Program-made: the position numbers and the translations under genes | DNA from: Alphaproteobacteria bacterium | GTDB taxonomy: Bacteria > Pseudomonadota > Alphaproteobacteria > CAAHEQ01 > UBA3637 | Direction: 5' to 3' | Length of the DNA stretch: 64,000 nucleotides | NCBI GenBank assembly: GCA_017539265.1 | Contig: JAFYHG010000027.1 | Coordinates: forward strand, 13,886 to 77,885 | Shown here: in pieces, positions 17,159-26,660 of the stretch | Layout of the letters: every line of letters starts with the position of its first letter | How positions within the stretch are numbered: position 1 is the stretch's first letter | Notes under the pieces: model-generated | The model's input: the letters and a program-made list of their open reading frames with translations, nothing else | Told to the model about the DNA's origin: nothing | Databases searched by the model: none

Positions 17159-20100
17159 TTAGAACTTCCACTTAAATCCGGATTTTAAGGATGTTCGGAC
17201 TTCCTTGTCTATGTAGGACATAATCGATCCGTACAGGCTGTAATCCGACCAATCATAGTCAAACCCTGCACGAATGACCCCACGGTTATCACTCCGCTTC
17301 TCGTCTCTAAGCATAAACGTTCCGTCCATACCCTCCATCCCGACGCGCAGTTTATACGGATCCGCAAACTCGTGATAAGCCGCCACTCCTGCCGTCAATT
17401 TAATCTTCGACGTCTTCGTCAGTTCCTTATCCTTCGTCAGGTATAGTCCGATACCGCCTTCAACAGAATACGTATTCTGGCTCTTGATGTTCAGGGCATA
17501 GTCCTTATCTTCTTCATGGCCTCTCTGAGTGTAGCCCAAGATATTAAACTCCGCCGCCGGTTCCAATGTCCATTCGCCGAATGTTAATGGATAGCGGGCT
17601 TCATTCATTAAACCATAAACACGTTTCTCTATCGTTCCGTCATAGTTCTTATTATCGAACCCAGTCCGGTCATACTTACCCCGTGCATACCCGATCCGCG
17701 GTGATGTCATTAGGTTAAAGCCATGTGTTCTGTATCCGATCGGCACAACGAGTTGATACATGCTGTCATGTCTATCGTCATCATCATGGGCATTATCCGA
17801 ACGTGTGTTCATGAACGCAACACCAAGACCCACCGACCATCTGCCATCCCGTTTGTTATACAGGCTGTATCTGGCATCTGATCCATTGTCGCCACGGAAC
17901 GCCATAGGCCTTACAGATCCTGCTAATGCAAACGCTTTCTCTTTGTTATGGAAGAGTTTTTCATTCATGTCAAAGTTGAGTTCCCTCATCATTGTCATGT
18001 CTTCGAAATTAAAGCGCGAGAGCATCTCTTTACCCGTCATCTTATCCAAACTGCTGGTTAAGCTATGGACATCACCGAAGCTCTTTAACTTATTAAAGAA
18101 CGCTTCATTCTTCCCTGACGCATAGTTCCGTGTTAAGAACTCTGCCAGGCTCGCATTCTTCGTCGCCGTGTCAAACCCTCGCATCGTCATCACAACATCT
18201 TTACCGTTATCCGCTAAGCTGGCATCAAACATTGCCGACTCGGATATCAGATTTAGTTCACTTGCATCCTGGGCAATAATCGCATCAGAAAGCGTGTAGA
18301 CTTGTTCAAAACCACTTGTTTCACCGTCTACATACAATTTTCCTTTAATACTGTCCGCCGAGAAAGATCCGCCGTTAAGCAACATAATCTTTCCGTTTCG
18401 ACCGGCTAATGCATCCAGATCCAATTCTGTATCAAAATTGACATTGCCTGAATTTTTCATATTCATACTTCCGATATCGGACATTCCGCCCAATTGAGCA
18501 AAATCGGAGGCCTTTGACAAAACTCTATGCACCCCATTAAAGGTTCCCTTATTGACAAATTCTAAATTTGCTCGGGTTGCTCCCATATCTTTATAGGTCA
18601 CGGTATATGTTTTTGAATCAACTGTCGGAACGAAGAAATGTCTCCATTCTTCAATATCACCATTAATTGTTCCCGTTTTTTCATTAACCAATTTAGACGG
18701 GCCTAACACCATAACGCCTTCGGAAATAGTTCCCTCATTGATAAGTGTTCCCTTAAATAACGTTACACCGTCATTAATACTTCCCTTATTGGTAAAATAG
18801 GCACTGCCGTCCAATTGAACACTACCGACTGTTCCTTCGTTTACACCAACGATATTACCAAACGCCGAGACATCTTCAACAGAGGCAGAAGCCTTATTTG
18901 AAAAGGTAATTTGACCGTCAAATCCATAGAGAGTAACCTCTCCGTAAATGTGTCCTTCGTTTTTAACCCAAATAGGTGCCCCCACGGATATCCCGATAAC
19001 ACTAGCAGGTTGATAGGTATAGCCGCTGCTGCTTCCTATCGTTCCCGAGTTTTCAAAATTCGCACCATAGACATAAACCTCATCTACATCGAAATCATCA
19101 TCCGGATTTTTAACCTTAACCGTTGCCGAATTCTTTAAAGTCGTTTTTCCACCGCTGAGTCCAGGATTTCCTGCATATAGAACAGGGCGGTATTCCCAAT
19201 CTATCGTATCATCTGGTTCACCAAAATCTTTGATATGCTTGGCTAGCCATAGAATTTCATAGTTATTTTCATTAAAACTTGATGGCGGATTTATTTGGGA
19301 TAAATTTGCCTTTTGAAGTTTTGACGTATCATCAATAACTTGATTTGTTGTGTTCGTATAAGTTTGTCCGGCGGATACTCCTTTATCCTTCCATAAAACT
19401 CGAACACCCGTCGGTAAATTTGCCCAATTCTTTCCGGAGAGAGGTCCTGTCCATGCGGAATTGACGCATACCCCATTACTGGGTACATATCCGGCCGCAC
19501 AGGAACAAGTTGCCTCATCCACATTGCTTCCAGATAATCCGCAAGTTCCGCAATCATTTCCTTTCCAGTTACCGGAACATGAACAGGCTTGAACCGTTCC
19601 GCCTTCGGAAGTTCCCCCGTTTTGGCATGCTTGGCATGTTGTCCCATTCAAGTATTCATTTTCATTACAATTAAGAACACATACATTACCGCTGGGAATA
19701 TATCCGCCCGTACAATCGCAACTTGTTGAATCGACATGGTCTCCCGATAATTTACAGGTTCCGCAATCATCTCCTCCCCAATTACCGGAGCAACTACACG
19801 ATAAGCTTGTTCCACCGTCAGAGGTTCCCCCGTTTTGACATGGTGTACAACTTGTCCCGTCATAGTAATTATTAACCTCACAGGCCGCATAATCCGATTC
19901 TACGTTATCATTAACAACAATTCTTCCGGCATTAATCAATGTAGAACCGCTGCCCATATCAATGCCGTAACTTTTATCTTCATCCGTGTCCGAAATAGTA
20001 ATCAGCCCTCTGTTTTTAACCGTTGAGTTATCCCCAACTTTAATACCATAGGCTTTTTTATTTGCAATATTTTGCCCTGTGATTTCAATTTCACCCGAAT

Positions 20101-21661
20101 TTTCAACCAGAACATTGTTCTCACCAAAGATACCGTATAAGTCCCCTAACCCGGCAACACTAATCGTACCGGAATTAGTAATATGACTTCCCGTTGTACC
20201 GTAAATTCCGTAAGCTTCCGGTCCCTTTGCCGTTACATCTATTTTACCGGAATTTATAATAGTTCCCCCATTTGAATATAGACCATAGGCCTTCCCGTCA
20301 CCATTTGAAACAATTGTGATTGTACTTTGGTAAACGTCACCGTTTTCATTGGACGTAATACCGTCAGATTCGTTATACATACCATAACTGTTCCCATTTG
20401 TTTCATTTGTTACGGAAATATTTCCGGTAGCAAGCAGACCTTCATAAGAAGAATCCAGTGTTCCCGTTTGATAAGCGTTGTATATATCCCCGTTTCCATA
20501 AATACCATATGCATCGGATACATTATTCAAATCAGTATCTAAATTATTTATAATTTCAATATCTCCTGAAATCGGAGAAGAATCAGAAACCCTTTTACCT
20601 GTTGCCAATGCGTTGTAAACGGTATTTCCCCACATACCATAAACTTTTCCTGTTCCCTTATTTGTTATCCGAATTGTCCCAAATGAACCGCCACCCGGAC
20701 AATTATCACAAATATAACCATTATAAATTTCCGGTGATGTTTCTTCTCCGTGCATACCATAAACATTTCCGTCTCCCGTATTTTTAATCAGAATGTTTCC
20801 ATAGGCATATTCCGCACCATTACATGATTCGTCATAAGTATAGGCATTATACATATAACTCTGACCGCTCATTCCGTATACATCCCCATTCCCCGTATTT
20901 GTGATATCAATGTTGATTGAGGATGCATCACTTTGATCCATATAAGCATATGCATTATACATAGTTTTATTTTTGGAATTGCTCATTCCATACACATCAT
21001 CGTCATTATCGTTTACAATGACAATTTGTTTATTATTAACATCGCCCGTCACGCAATTACCATTATCATCAAAAATACCCGATTCGCAAACTGGTTCCGG
21101 CGGTAAGCAATCACCATTCGCATCTTTGCCATAGGCACATTTTTTCTCTTTTTTCTTGCTTCCGCCACCGCCGCCACCACCGGCAGCCAAAGCAATTCCT
21201 CCACCGATAACGGCTACCGCTCCAACTCCGATCCCGACCATAGCCGCCGTGGATAAACCTGTTTCTGTTGCAACAGCACCTCCCGAAGCTGCCGTTGCCC
21301 CTGCCGCGGCATTCATTTCTTGTGCCCACGCGGTATATCCCTCATTAAAGGCTTTAATCTGTTCCGGCGGTATCTTTTGCGTACAGGGGTGTTTCACATT
21401 TGCACCGGCAACGCGCAACGCGTTAAAACTCTTATAATCATTATTATAAACTGCACGACATAGGTTCGTATTTCCGTCCCGACCAATTGAGTCAACTTTC
21501 TTTCCCAAAGATTTCAAGGCCCTTACATTTCCATTCTTGGCATAATTGTAAATCTGACTCATCGTCAGCGGCGCTTCCACTGCAGCCAAGACTGGTGTTG
21601 TCAAAATTGTATTGGATGTAAACATCCCGGCAACTACACATAACCCTATAATTTTACGCAT
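17159..21661 (-). CDS. Large autotransporter-type outer membrane protein (1500 aa) with two tandem EGF-like Cys-rich modules in the passenger.
   Basis: Signal peptide (MRKIIGLCVVAGMFT ... VLAA). Many x-Y-G-[MI] passenger repeats. Tandem ~60-aa Cys-rich modules (CQNGGTS.GGT ... CSCSGNW.G.DCGTC.LSG ... C.C..GY.PS.G.CV). C-terminal ~280 aa with alternating beta-strand pattern ending FKWKF (terminal aromatic). Confidence 0.8.
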   Translation of the reverse strand: MRKIIGLCVVAGMFTSNTILTTPVLAAVEAPLTMSQIYNYAKNGNVRALKSLGKKVDSIGRDGNTNLCRAVYNNDYKSFNALRVAGANVKHPCTQKIPPEQIKAFNEGYTAWAQEMNAAAGATAASGGAVATETGLSTAAMVGIGVGAVAVIGGGIALAAGGGGGGGSKKKEKKCAYGKDANGDCLPPEPVCESGIFDDNGNCVTGDVNNKQIVIVNDNDDDVYGMSNSKNKTMYNAYAYMDQSDASSINIDITNTGNGDVYGMSGQSYMYNAYTYDESCNGAEYAYGNILIKNTGDGNVYGMHGEETSPEIYNGYICDNCPGGGSFGTIRITNKGTGKVYGMWGNTVYNALATGKRVSDSSPISGDIEIINNLDTDLNNVSDAYGIYGNGDIYNAYQTGTLDSSYEGLLATGNISVTNETNGNSYGMYNESDGITSNENGDVYQSTITIVSNGDGKAYGLYSNGGTIINSGKIDVTAKGPEAYGIYGTTGSHITNSGTISVAGLGDLYGIFGENNVLVENSGEIEITGQNIANKKAYGIKVGDNSTVKNRGLITISDTDEDKSYGIDMGSGSTLINAGRIVVNDNVESDYAACEVNNYYDGTSCTPCQNGGTSDGGTSLSCSCSGNWGGDDCGTCKLSGDHVDSTSCDCTGGYIPSGNVCVLNCNENEYLNGTTCQACQNGGTSEGGTVQACSCSGNWKGNDCGTCGLSGSNVDEATCSCAAGYVPSNGVCVNSAWTGPLSGKNWANLPTGVRVLWKDKGVSAGQTYTNTTNQVIDDTSKLQKANLSQINPPSSFNENNYEILWLAKHIKDFGEPDDTIDWEYRPVLYAGNPGLSGGKTTLKNSATVKVKNPDDDFDVDEVYVYGANFENSGTIGSSSGYTYQPASVIGISVGAPIWVKNEGHIYGEVTLYGFDGQITFSNKASASVEDVSAFGNIVGVNEGTVGSVQLDGSAYFTNKGSINDGVTLFKGTLINEGTISEGVMVLGPSKLVNEKTGTINGDIEEWRHFFVPTVDSKTYTVTYKDMGATRANLEFVNKGTFNGVHRVLSKASDFAQLGGMSDIGSMNMKNSGNVNFDTELDLDALAGRNGKIMLLNGGSFSADSIKGKLYVDGETSGFEQVYTLSDAIIAQDASELNLISESAMFDASLADNGKDVVMTMRGFDTATKNASLAEFLTRNYASGKNEAFFNKLKSFGDVHSLTSSLDKMTGKEMLSRFNFEDMTMMRELNFDMNEKLFHNKEKAFALAGSVRPMAFRGDNGSDARYSLYNKRDGRWSVGLGVAFMNTRSDNAHDDDDRHDSMYQLVVPIGYRTHGFNLMTSPRIGYARGKYDRTGFDNKNYDGTIEKRVYGLMNEARYPLTFGEWTLEPAAEFNILGYTQRGHEEDKDYALNIKSQNTYSVEGGIGLYLTKDKELTKTSKIKLTAGVAAYHEFADPYKLRVGMEGMDGTFMLRDEKRSDNRGVIRAGFDYDWSDYSLYGSIMSYIDKEVRTSLKSGFKWKF

Positions 21662-21802
21662 ATTATATCCCTTTCTTTATCAAGCAATTTATACCATATC
21701 ACTTTCCACTATACATAAAAATTTATGAATTGCAAATAAAAAAATTTCTGGATATAAATTAAATCTTGTGGTATACTATATTTATGGTAGAAAGGATTTT
21801 TC

Positions 21803-24800
21803 ATGAATAGATTAGAAAACACAAAAAGTATTATCACAGCGCTCCCCGAGTTAATTGAACGGGACAAAAGTCTTCCGCAACCGTTAAAAGAATCTCAATT
21901 ATCGGTTTTGGATGCCTATATGTCCGATATTGAGGGGCATCAGAGCGGTATTTTTAATTTGGCTACCGGCTTCGGAAAAACACGGATGATGTCCACCCTT
22001 ATGGAAGCGTATTTACAGGCCAATCCGAACGGTCGTGTTGTCGTTGTTGTTCCCGCCACGGATTTAATCGAAGATGCTACGGGAAACGGTGTTTTAAAAT
22101 CCTTTAGAGAACACCATGCTTTGTTTAATTCAACCTCTCCGCTCAGCATCGGGGCCTATTACGGTTTTTCCAAAAATACGGACAGTCAGGTTACAGTAAC
22201 AACCTATAATTCATTAGATAAGTTACAAGAAAATATACCCGTTGAAGATGTTGGTTTGTTATTACTGGATGAAGCCCATCACGGTATATCGGACGCCAGG
22301 ATGGAAATAATCAGAAAATTTGAAAATGCGGCACAATACGGTATGACAGCTACTCCACGGTATGATAAAAATCGTGATTTAAGAAGACTATTAGGTGCTA
22401 CGATTGCGGATATCCCTATATCGGCCGCCATACAGGAAGGTGATTTGGTCGGCTGCACAAACGTCTTACTGGTTTCAAATTTAGAGGTTGACTTGTCGGA
22501 AGTCCGAAAAAACAGCCAAGGCGATTATGACGAGGAAGACTATTACAGGGCTCTATTCAAAGCCCTTGGGGCCAGTGAAATAAATACCGGAAATAGAGAA
22601 GGATGGCAGGAAGCGCATAGACGTATTGCACAAAATGTGGCGCAATTTTACGAAAGGATGTTCAATGGGCAAAAATGTATGATTAACTGTCGTTCCCAAA
22701 AGGAAGCATTGATTCAAGCTTATGAACTAAATCAATATTTTGGCAGAACCGTAGCCAAAACATATACCAGTGATTATTCTGATCCCGCGATTTTGAAAGA
22801 GTTTGTGGAAGGGGACCTCCCCATTATCTGTCAGGTCGGAAAATTGGCAGAAGGGTTTGATTTTCCCGGACTTTATTATTGCATTAATTACCCGACATGT
22901 TCCCCGGTCAAAGAAACACAATTGGGCGGGCGTTGCTTAAGAAAATATAGCGAAGATGAGTTTAAAGAAGCCATTGTCGTTGATATTGCCTTTAAGCATC
23001 CCAAATGTGAAAATCTGTTTGATGCCATTCAACAAAACGGTCAGGTTTTGTTTAAGGATATTATGGGGGCACCGGCTCTTCAACCCCTTACTCCACCCAA
23101 AGATGGAAAAGGAAAAGGAGATAAAGGGAAAGGTTTACCCAGAGACATAAGAGAATACGATGGTATCCAGCTTCCCGCTTTCACCATCAGATCAAACCCG
23201 GAAGAATTAAAACGCCTGATGGCCGAAGCAGAAGAAATTAAAAGAAAGCGTGGCATTCCTCTTATTTCCGAAGGAATGGTTGCCGAAGAAGAGTTTCTTG
23301 AAAAATATGGCCTTGCCCGTTCTTGGGGATTAGATCTTTTGGTTAAAGGGAAATATGATACTTTCCATGATCCCGAAACAGGAAAAGAAGAACACTTTGT
23401 AAGCATGGTGGATACGGGAAGCTGTATTCGTATGGCGCTGACGAATAATCCACATGGAATTAAGTTATTTGAAGAAAAATATCATGATATCTTGTTCGCC
23501 CCCGATATAAAACAGGGAATGCTGACCGCACGAGAATTAGCCCATAGATATAATATCAGTTTGGTAAAGGCTAAAGACTTATTGGAGGAATGGAAAGATG
23601 CCAGGTATCACCATCCCAAAACGAACGAAAGTGAACCGATGGTTTATTTTGTGAAAGATAAAGGCATACCTTGCCTGGTCCTTACAAACGATCCTTGGGG
23701 TATCAGTATATTTGAAGAAAACGCCCATCTTTTGGCTTCCCATATGCGCCCGGGTATGTTGACCCCAAGTGATGTCAAACGGAAATATTTAACTACGCCC
23801 GAAGACACCAGAAGAATCTTTGAAGAATTGGAATTTAAAACATTTTATGATCCCATATCCGGAACGGATAAACCTTTTTGTGAATGGGCAACAAATGTTA
23901 ACGGAAAAAGATGTTTGTATTTGACCGATAATCCCATCGGTATAAAGGAATTTGAAAAATTATATCGCAAAGAAATTGCATTACCGATGACCCCGGGTAT
24001 GTTGGGGGCAGAACAACTGGCTGAAAGATACGGATTATCCGAAAAAATATGTAAAAAAATGTTGGAGGAACTACGGGATGAAACCTTTTACACTTCAACA
24101 GGGGAAGAAGAATTATTGGTCAGTTATGTTAAGGATCCCAACAATATCGATAAACCTAAATTTTTGGCTTTAACGACGGATCCGGCTGGGATAAAACTAT
24201 TTGAAAAATTAAAAAGAGACACCCTATTTATGCCTGAAATACAACCGGGGATGAAAACTGTCCCAGAATTAAGAGAAAAATGCGCAAATCTCATTTTAAC
24301 GAATCTTTTCTTTCAAGAGCTATTTGACAAATACGAAGATAGAACCTACCTTGATCCAGTAACAGGGGAAGAAAAAAAGTTTATCAAAACCGTCAAGAAA
24401 GACGGAGAATTTGTGCAAGTCTTAACGAATGATCCTTTGGGAATAAAGATATTTGAAGATGAAAATAAAAGGTTCCTTCATGCCCAAAAATACTGGCGCG
24501 GATGGTCAACCGCCGATGATATGTCCTGGCGTTATAAGATCCCGGAAGATGTTGCCCAGCAACTCTTGGAAAAATATGAAGGGCGCACCTTTGTTCACCC
24601 TGAAACACAAGAAACATTGCCTGTGGTGGCATTGATGTACAATAAAGGCAGATTTTTCTTGGCTCTGACACCATATAGGGCCGGTCGGGAAATTTTTGAA
24701 AAAGAAAATAGTGATATCATAACTATTAGGGAAAGGACACCGTATTCCCCCGGACAACAAGGGTCCAGAATGCATCAAATGTTAGCACAAAGCACGCCTT

Positions 24801-24877
24801 TCGCGACACAAAAACCGTCAGAAGCACAACCGGATTACTCTGTTTTGAAAGCGATTAAAGACGAGCCGCACCAATAG
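21803..24877 (+). CDS. SF2 (ResIII/DEAH) helicase fused to six ~80-aa tandem repeats.
   Basis: ATGFGKT (motif I), LLLDEAHH (DEAH), MTATPR (motif III), QLGGRCLR (motif VI). From about aa 486-1000 there are six units of [FY]xDPxTGxE ... L.LTxxPxGIK.FE ... PGMLT ... LEEL. Confidence 0.7.
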   Translation: MNRLENTKSIITALPELIERDKSLPQPLKESQLSVLDAYMSDIEGHQSGIFNLATGFGKTRMMSTLMEAYLQANPNGRVVVVVPATDLIEDATGNGVLKSFREHHALFNSTSPLSIGAYYGFSKNTDSQVTVTTYNSLDKLQENIPVEDVGLLLLDEAHHGISDARMEIIRKFENAAQYGMTATPRYDKNRDLRRLLGATIADIPISAAIQEGDLVGCTNVLLVSNLEVDLSEVRKNSQGDYDEEDYYRALFKALGASEINTGNREGWQEAHRRIAQNVAQFYERMFNGQKCMINCRSQKEALIQAYELNQYFGRTVAKTYTSDYSDPAILKEFVEGDLPIICQVGKLAEGFDFPGLYYCINYPTCSPVKETQLGGRCLRKYSEDEFKEAIVVDIAFKHPKCENLFDAIQQNGQVLFKDIMGAPALQPLTPPKDGKGKGDKGKGLPRDIREYDGIQLPAFTIRSNPEELKRLMAEAEEIKRKRGIPLISEGMVAEEEFLEKYGLARSWGLDLLVKGKYDTFHDPETGKEEHFVSMVDTGSCIRMALTNNPHGIKLFEEKYHDILFAPDIKQGMLTARELAHRYNISLVKAKDLLEEWKDARYHHPKTNESEPMVYFVKDKGIPCLVLTNDPWGISIFEENAHLLASHMRPGMLTPSDVKRKYLTTPEDTRRIFEELEFKTFYDPISGTDKPFCEWATNVNGKRCLYLTDNPIGIKEFEKLYRKEIALPMTPGMLGAEQLAERYGLSEKICKKMLEELRDETFYTSTGEEELLVSYVKDPNNIDKPKFLALTTDPAGIKLFEKLKRDTLFMPEIQPGMKTVPELREKCANLILTNLFFQELFDKYEDRTYLDPVTGEEKKFIKTVKKDGEFVQVLTNDPLGIKIFEDENKRFLHAQKYWRGWSTADDMSWRYKIPEDVAQQLLEKYEGRTFVHPETQETLPVVALMYNKGRFFLALTPYRAGREIFEKENSDIITIRERTPYSPGQQGSRMHQMLAQSTPFATQKPSEAQPDYSVLKAIKDEPHQ

Positions 24878-24900
24878 ACAGGTCTGGAAAAATTTAACTT

Positions 24901-25653
24901 TTACCTTTGACGTTTCCTTAAATAATTGGATAGGATATTGGCACTGGCTTCCCCGAAGAGATTATTTGTATCCTCGGGTTGTAATTTTGCCAAATAATCG
25001 GATAGCCCCGTGTTTGAAATACGGATGGCTTTTCCTTCATCACATAATCCATCACACCAACCCAAAACTTCTTTGGGCGTGATAACATTTCCGAATTGAC
25101 TCTGTAATCCTGCTTTCCCCAAAATCGGCCTCAGGCTGTGTGTGGCACAATTATTCCCCAAAAAGCAATAATCATCAACCCGAAGCGTTTCCATCATCAT
25201 CCTTTGCTTTAGTGAAAAAGGACTTAATCCCATTTTTTTCGGGAACAATAAAAATATAAACGGTTTTGTGCTTTGTTTTGCCCGAACGATGCGCCGCAAA
25301 GTCACACCAATCGACTCTTTATTCCGGCCGTTATACCATGTTTTAAAAATATCAATCATTCCGCGGAAAAATCCTTTTTCCCTTAACCCCGTAAAAAAGT
25401 CTGATACGGTATCAATACAAACACCTTTATAGACCGAGGCTATGTGCCCTATCGGATAGGTACACCTTCTCCGGCAAATAAGGTCTATTAATTGAAATGG
25501 ATGGTAAATAAATAGGAATAAAGGCTTTTCCGAAAAAGGGTACTTTTCAATATCCGTAACGGGTGTGCGCGTCCGTTGGGGAAATAAAAGCGTTGAATTC
25601 CCCAATAAATTAGGAATAGCCTCCAACAATCTGGTTAATCTGTTGTTAATCAT
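24901..25653 (-). CDS. Hypothetical protein (250 aa).
   Basis: ORF only. No family recognised. Confidence 0.4.
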   Translation of the reverse strand: MINNRLTRLLEAIPNLLGNSTLLFPQRTRTPVTDIEKYPFSEKPLFLFIYHPFQLIDLICRRRCTYPIGHIASVYKGVCIDTVSDFFTGLREKGFFRGMIDIFKTWYNGRNKESIGVTLRRIVRAKQSTKPFIFLLFPKKMGLSPFSLKQRMMMETLRVDDYCFLGNNCATHSLRPILGKAGLQSQFGNVITPKEVLGWCDGLCDEGKAIRISNTGLSDYLAKLQPEDTNNLFGEASANILSNYLRKRQR

Positions 25654-25761
25654 TGCTTGCTCCTAGTTTTATTATATCACACTTTGCCACAAAATCAATT
25701 AAATTTCAGTATGGGCCTATTGGTCCAATTTTTTTCTATCCGGTGTATATGGCAGAAACCT

Positions 25762-26625
25762 TTATTGTTTTACGAACAAATCTTTCATTCGTTTCCAAAT
25801 ACTTTCGGGTTTTGATTTTTGAATGAGTGGGCTTAAAAAGGCCGATAATTTATCCGGCAAATCTTTTAATGTATGAAACGTTTGAATTTGTCCGTCGCGC
25901 ACCAAAGATACATCCCCGTTTTCTTCAGACACAACTAGAACCAAAGCATCTGTATTCTCACTCATCCCGATGGCCGCCCGATGGCGTGTTCCATACTTCC
26001 AATTAAGCCTGGCATCCCGCGTTAACGGCAAAATTACTCCCGCCGAAACAACTTTATCCTTTTTAATCACAACGGCTCCATCATGAAGCGGCGTATTTAC
26101 AAAAAAGAGGTTAATCAATAATTCCGTAGATAAATCCGCATTCAATATCACTCCATCCGTCGTAGCGGCGGAAACAGGTTCATGATTTTCAAAAACGATT
26201 AAGGCCCCTGTCTGATGTTCTTGCCAATACTCAATACTCTGGGTTAAAATTTCCACCAACCGGTTATTCATTTGCTTTTTCTTTGTTTGGGAAATCATAC
26301 TGAGGCTATTGCCGATTCTGGCCATCCATCGACGCAATTCCGGTTGAAAAATCACCACAAAAGAGAGCATAATCAATAGCAACAAATTCCTTAACATCGC
26401 ACTTAAAATCCGTAGGTGCAGCAAAGTAAAAATTTCGGCCGTAATCCAAATCACAACCAAAAAGCAGGTAATCCCCTTGACCGTTTTTTCCACCGGCGAA
26501 TTTTTAATTAATTTCATATAGAAAAAATAGAGTAGCGCAATAATCAGCGTTACTTGAAACAGAACACTTGCCCCCGTTAAACCGGTCGACCCCAATATGC
26601 TTTTCAGATACTCCATCAACGACAC
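25762..26625 (-). CDS. cdaA: Membrane-anchored diadenylate cyclase (CdaA/DacA-like; three TM helices + DAC domain).
   Basis: Three N-terminal hydrophobic helices. DAC motifs LHDGAVVI and GTRHRAAIG. Confidence 0.75.
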   Translation of the reverse strand: MSLMEYLKSILGSTGLTGASVLFQVTLIIALLYFFYMKLIKNSPVEKTVKGITCFLVVIWITAEIFTLLHLRILSAMLRNLLLLIMLSFVVIFQPELRRWMARIGNSLSMISQTKKKQMNNRLVEILTQSIEYWQEHQTGALIVFENHEPVSAATTDGVILNADLSTELLINLFFVNTPLHDGAVVIKKDKVVSAGVILPLTRDARLNWKYGTRHRAAIGMSENTDALVLVVSEENGDVSLVRDGQIQTFHTLKDLPDKLSAFLSPLIQKSKPESIWKRMKDLFVKQ

Positions 26626-26660
26626 CCCTAAATGGAAGATAAAAGATTATTTCCCCAATG

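Noticed and set aside
19291-19890. Two minus-strand ORFs (118 and 80 aa) with repetitive sequence.
   Set aside because: They lie inside the 1500-aa autotransporter gene on the same strand in another frame. Their repetitiveness just mirrors the tandem EGF-like DNA repeat. Spurious.
24901-25653. Possible assignment of the 250-aa protein to a glycosyltransferase or ELM1-like family.
   Set aside because: No motif I could align with confidence. Left as hypothetical.
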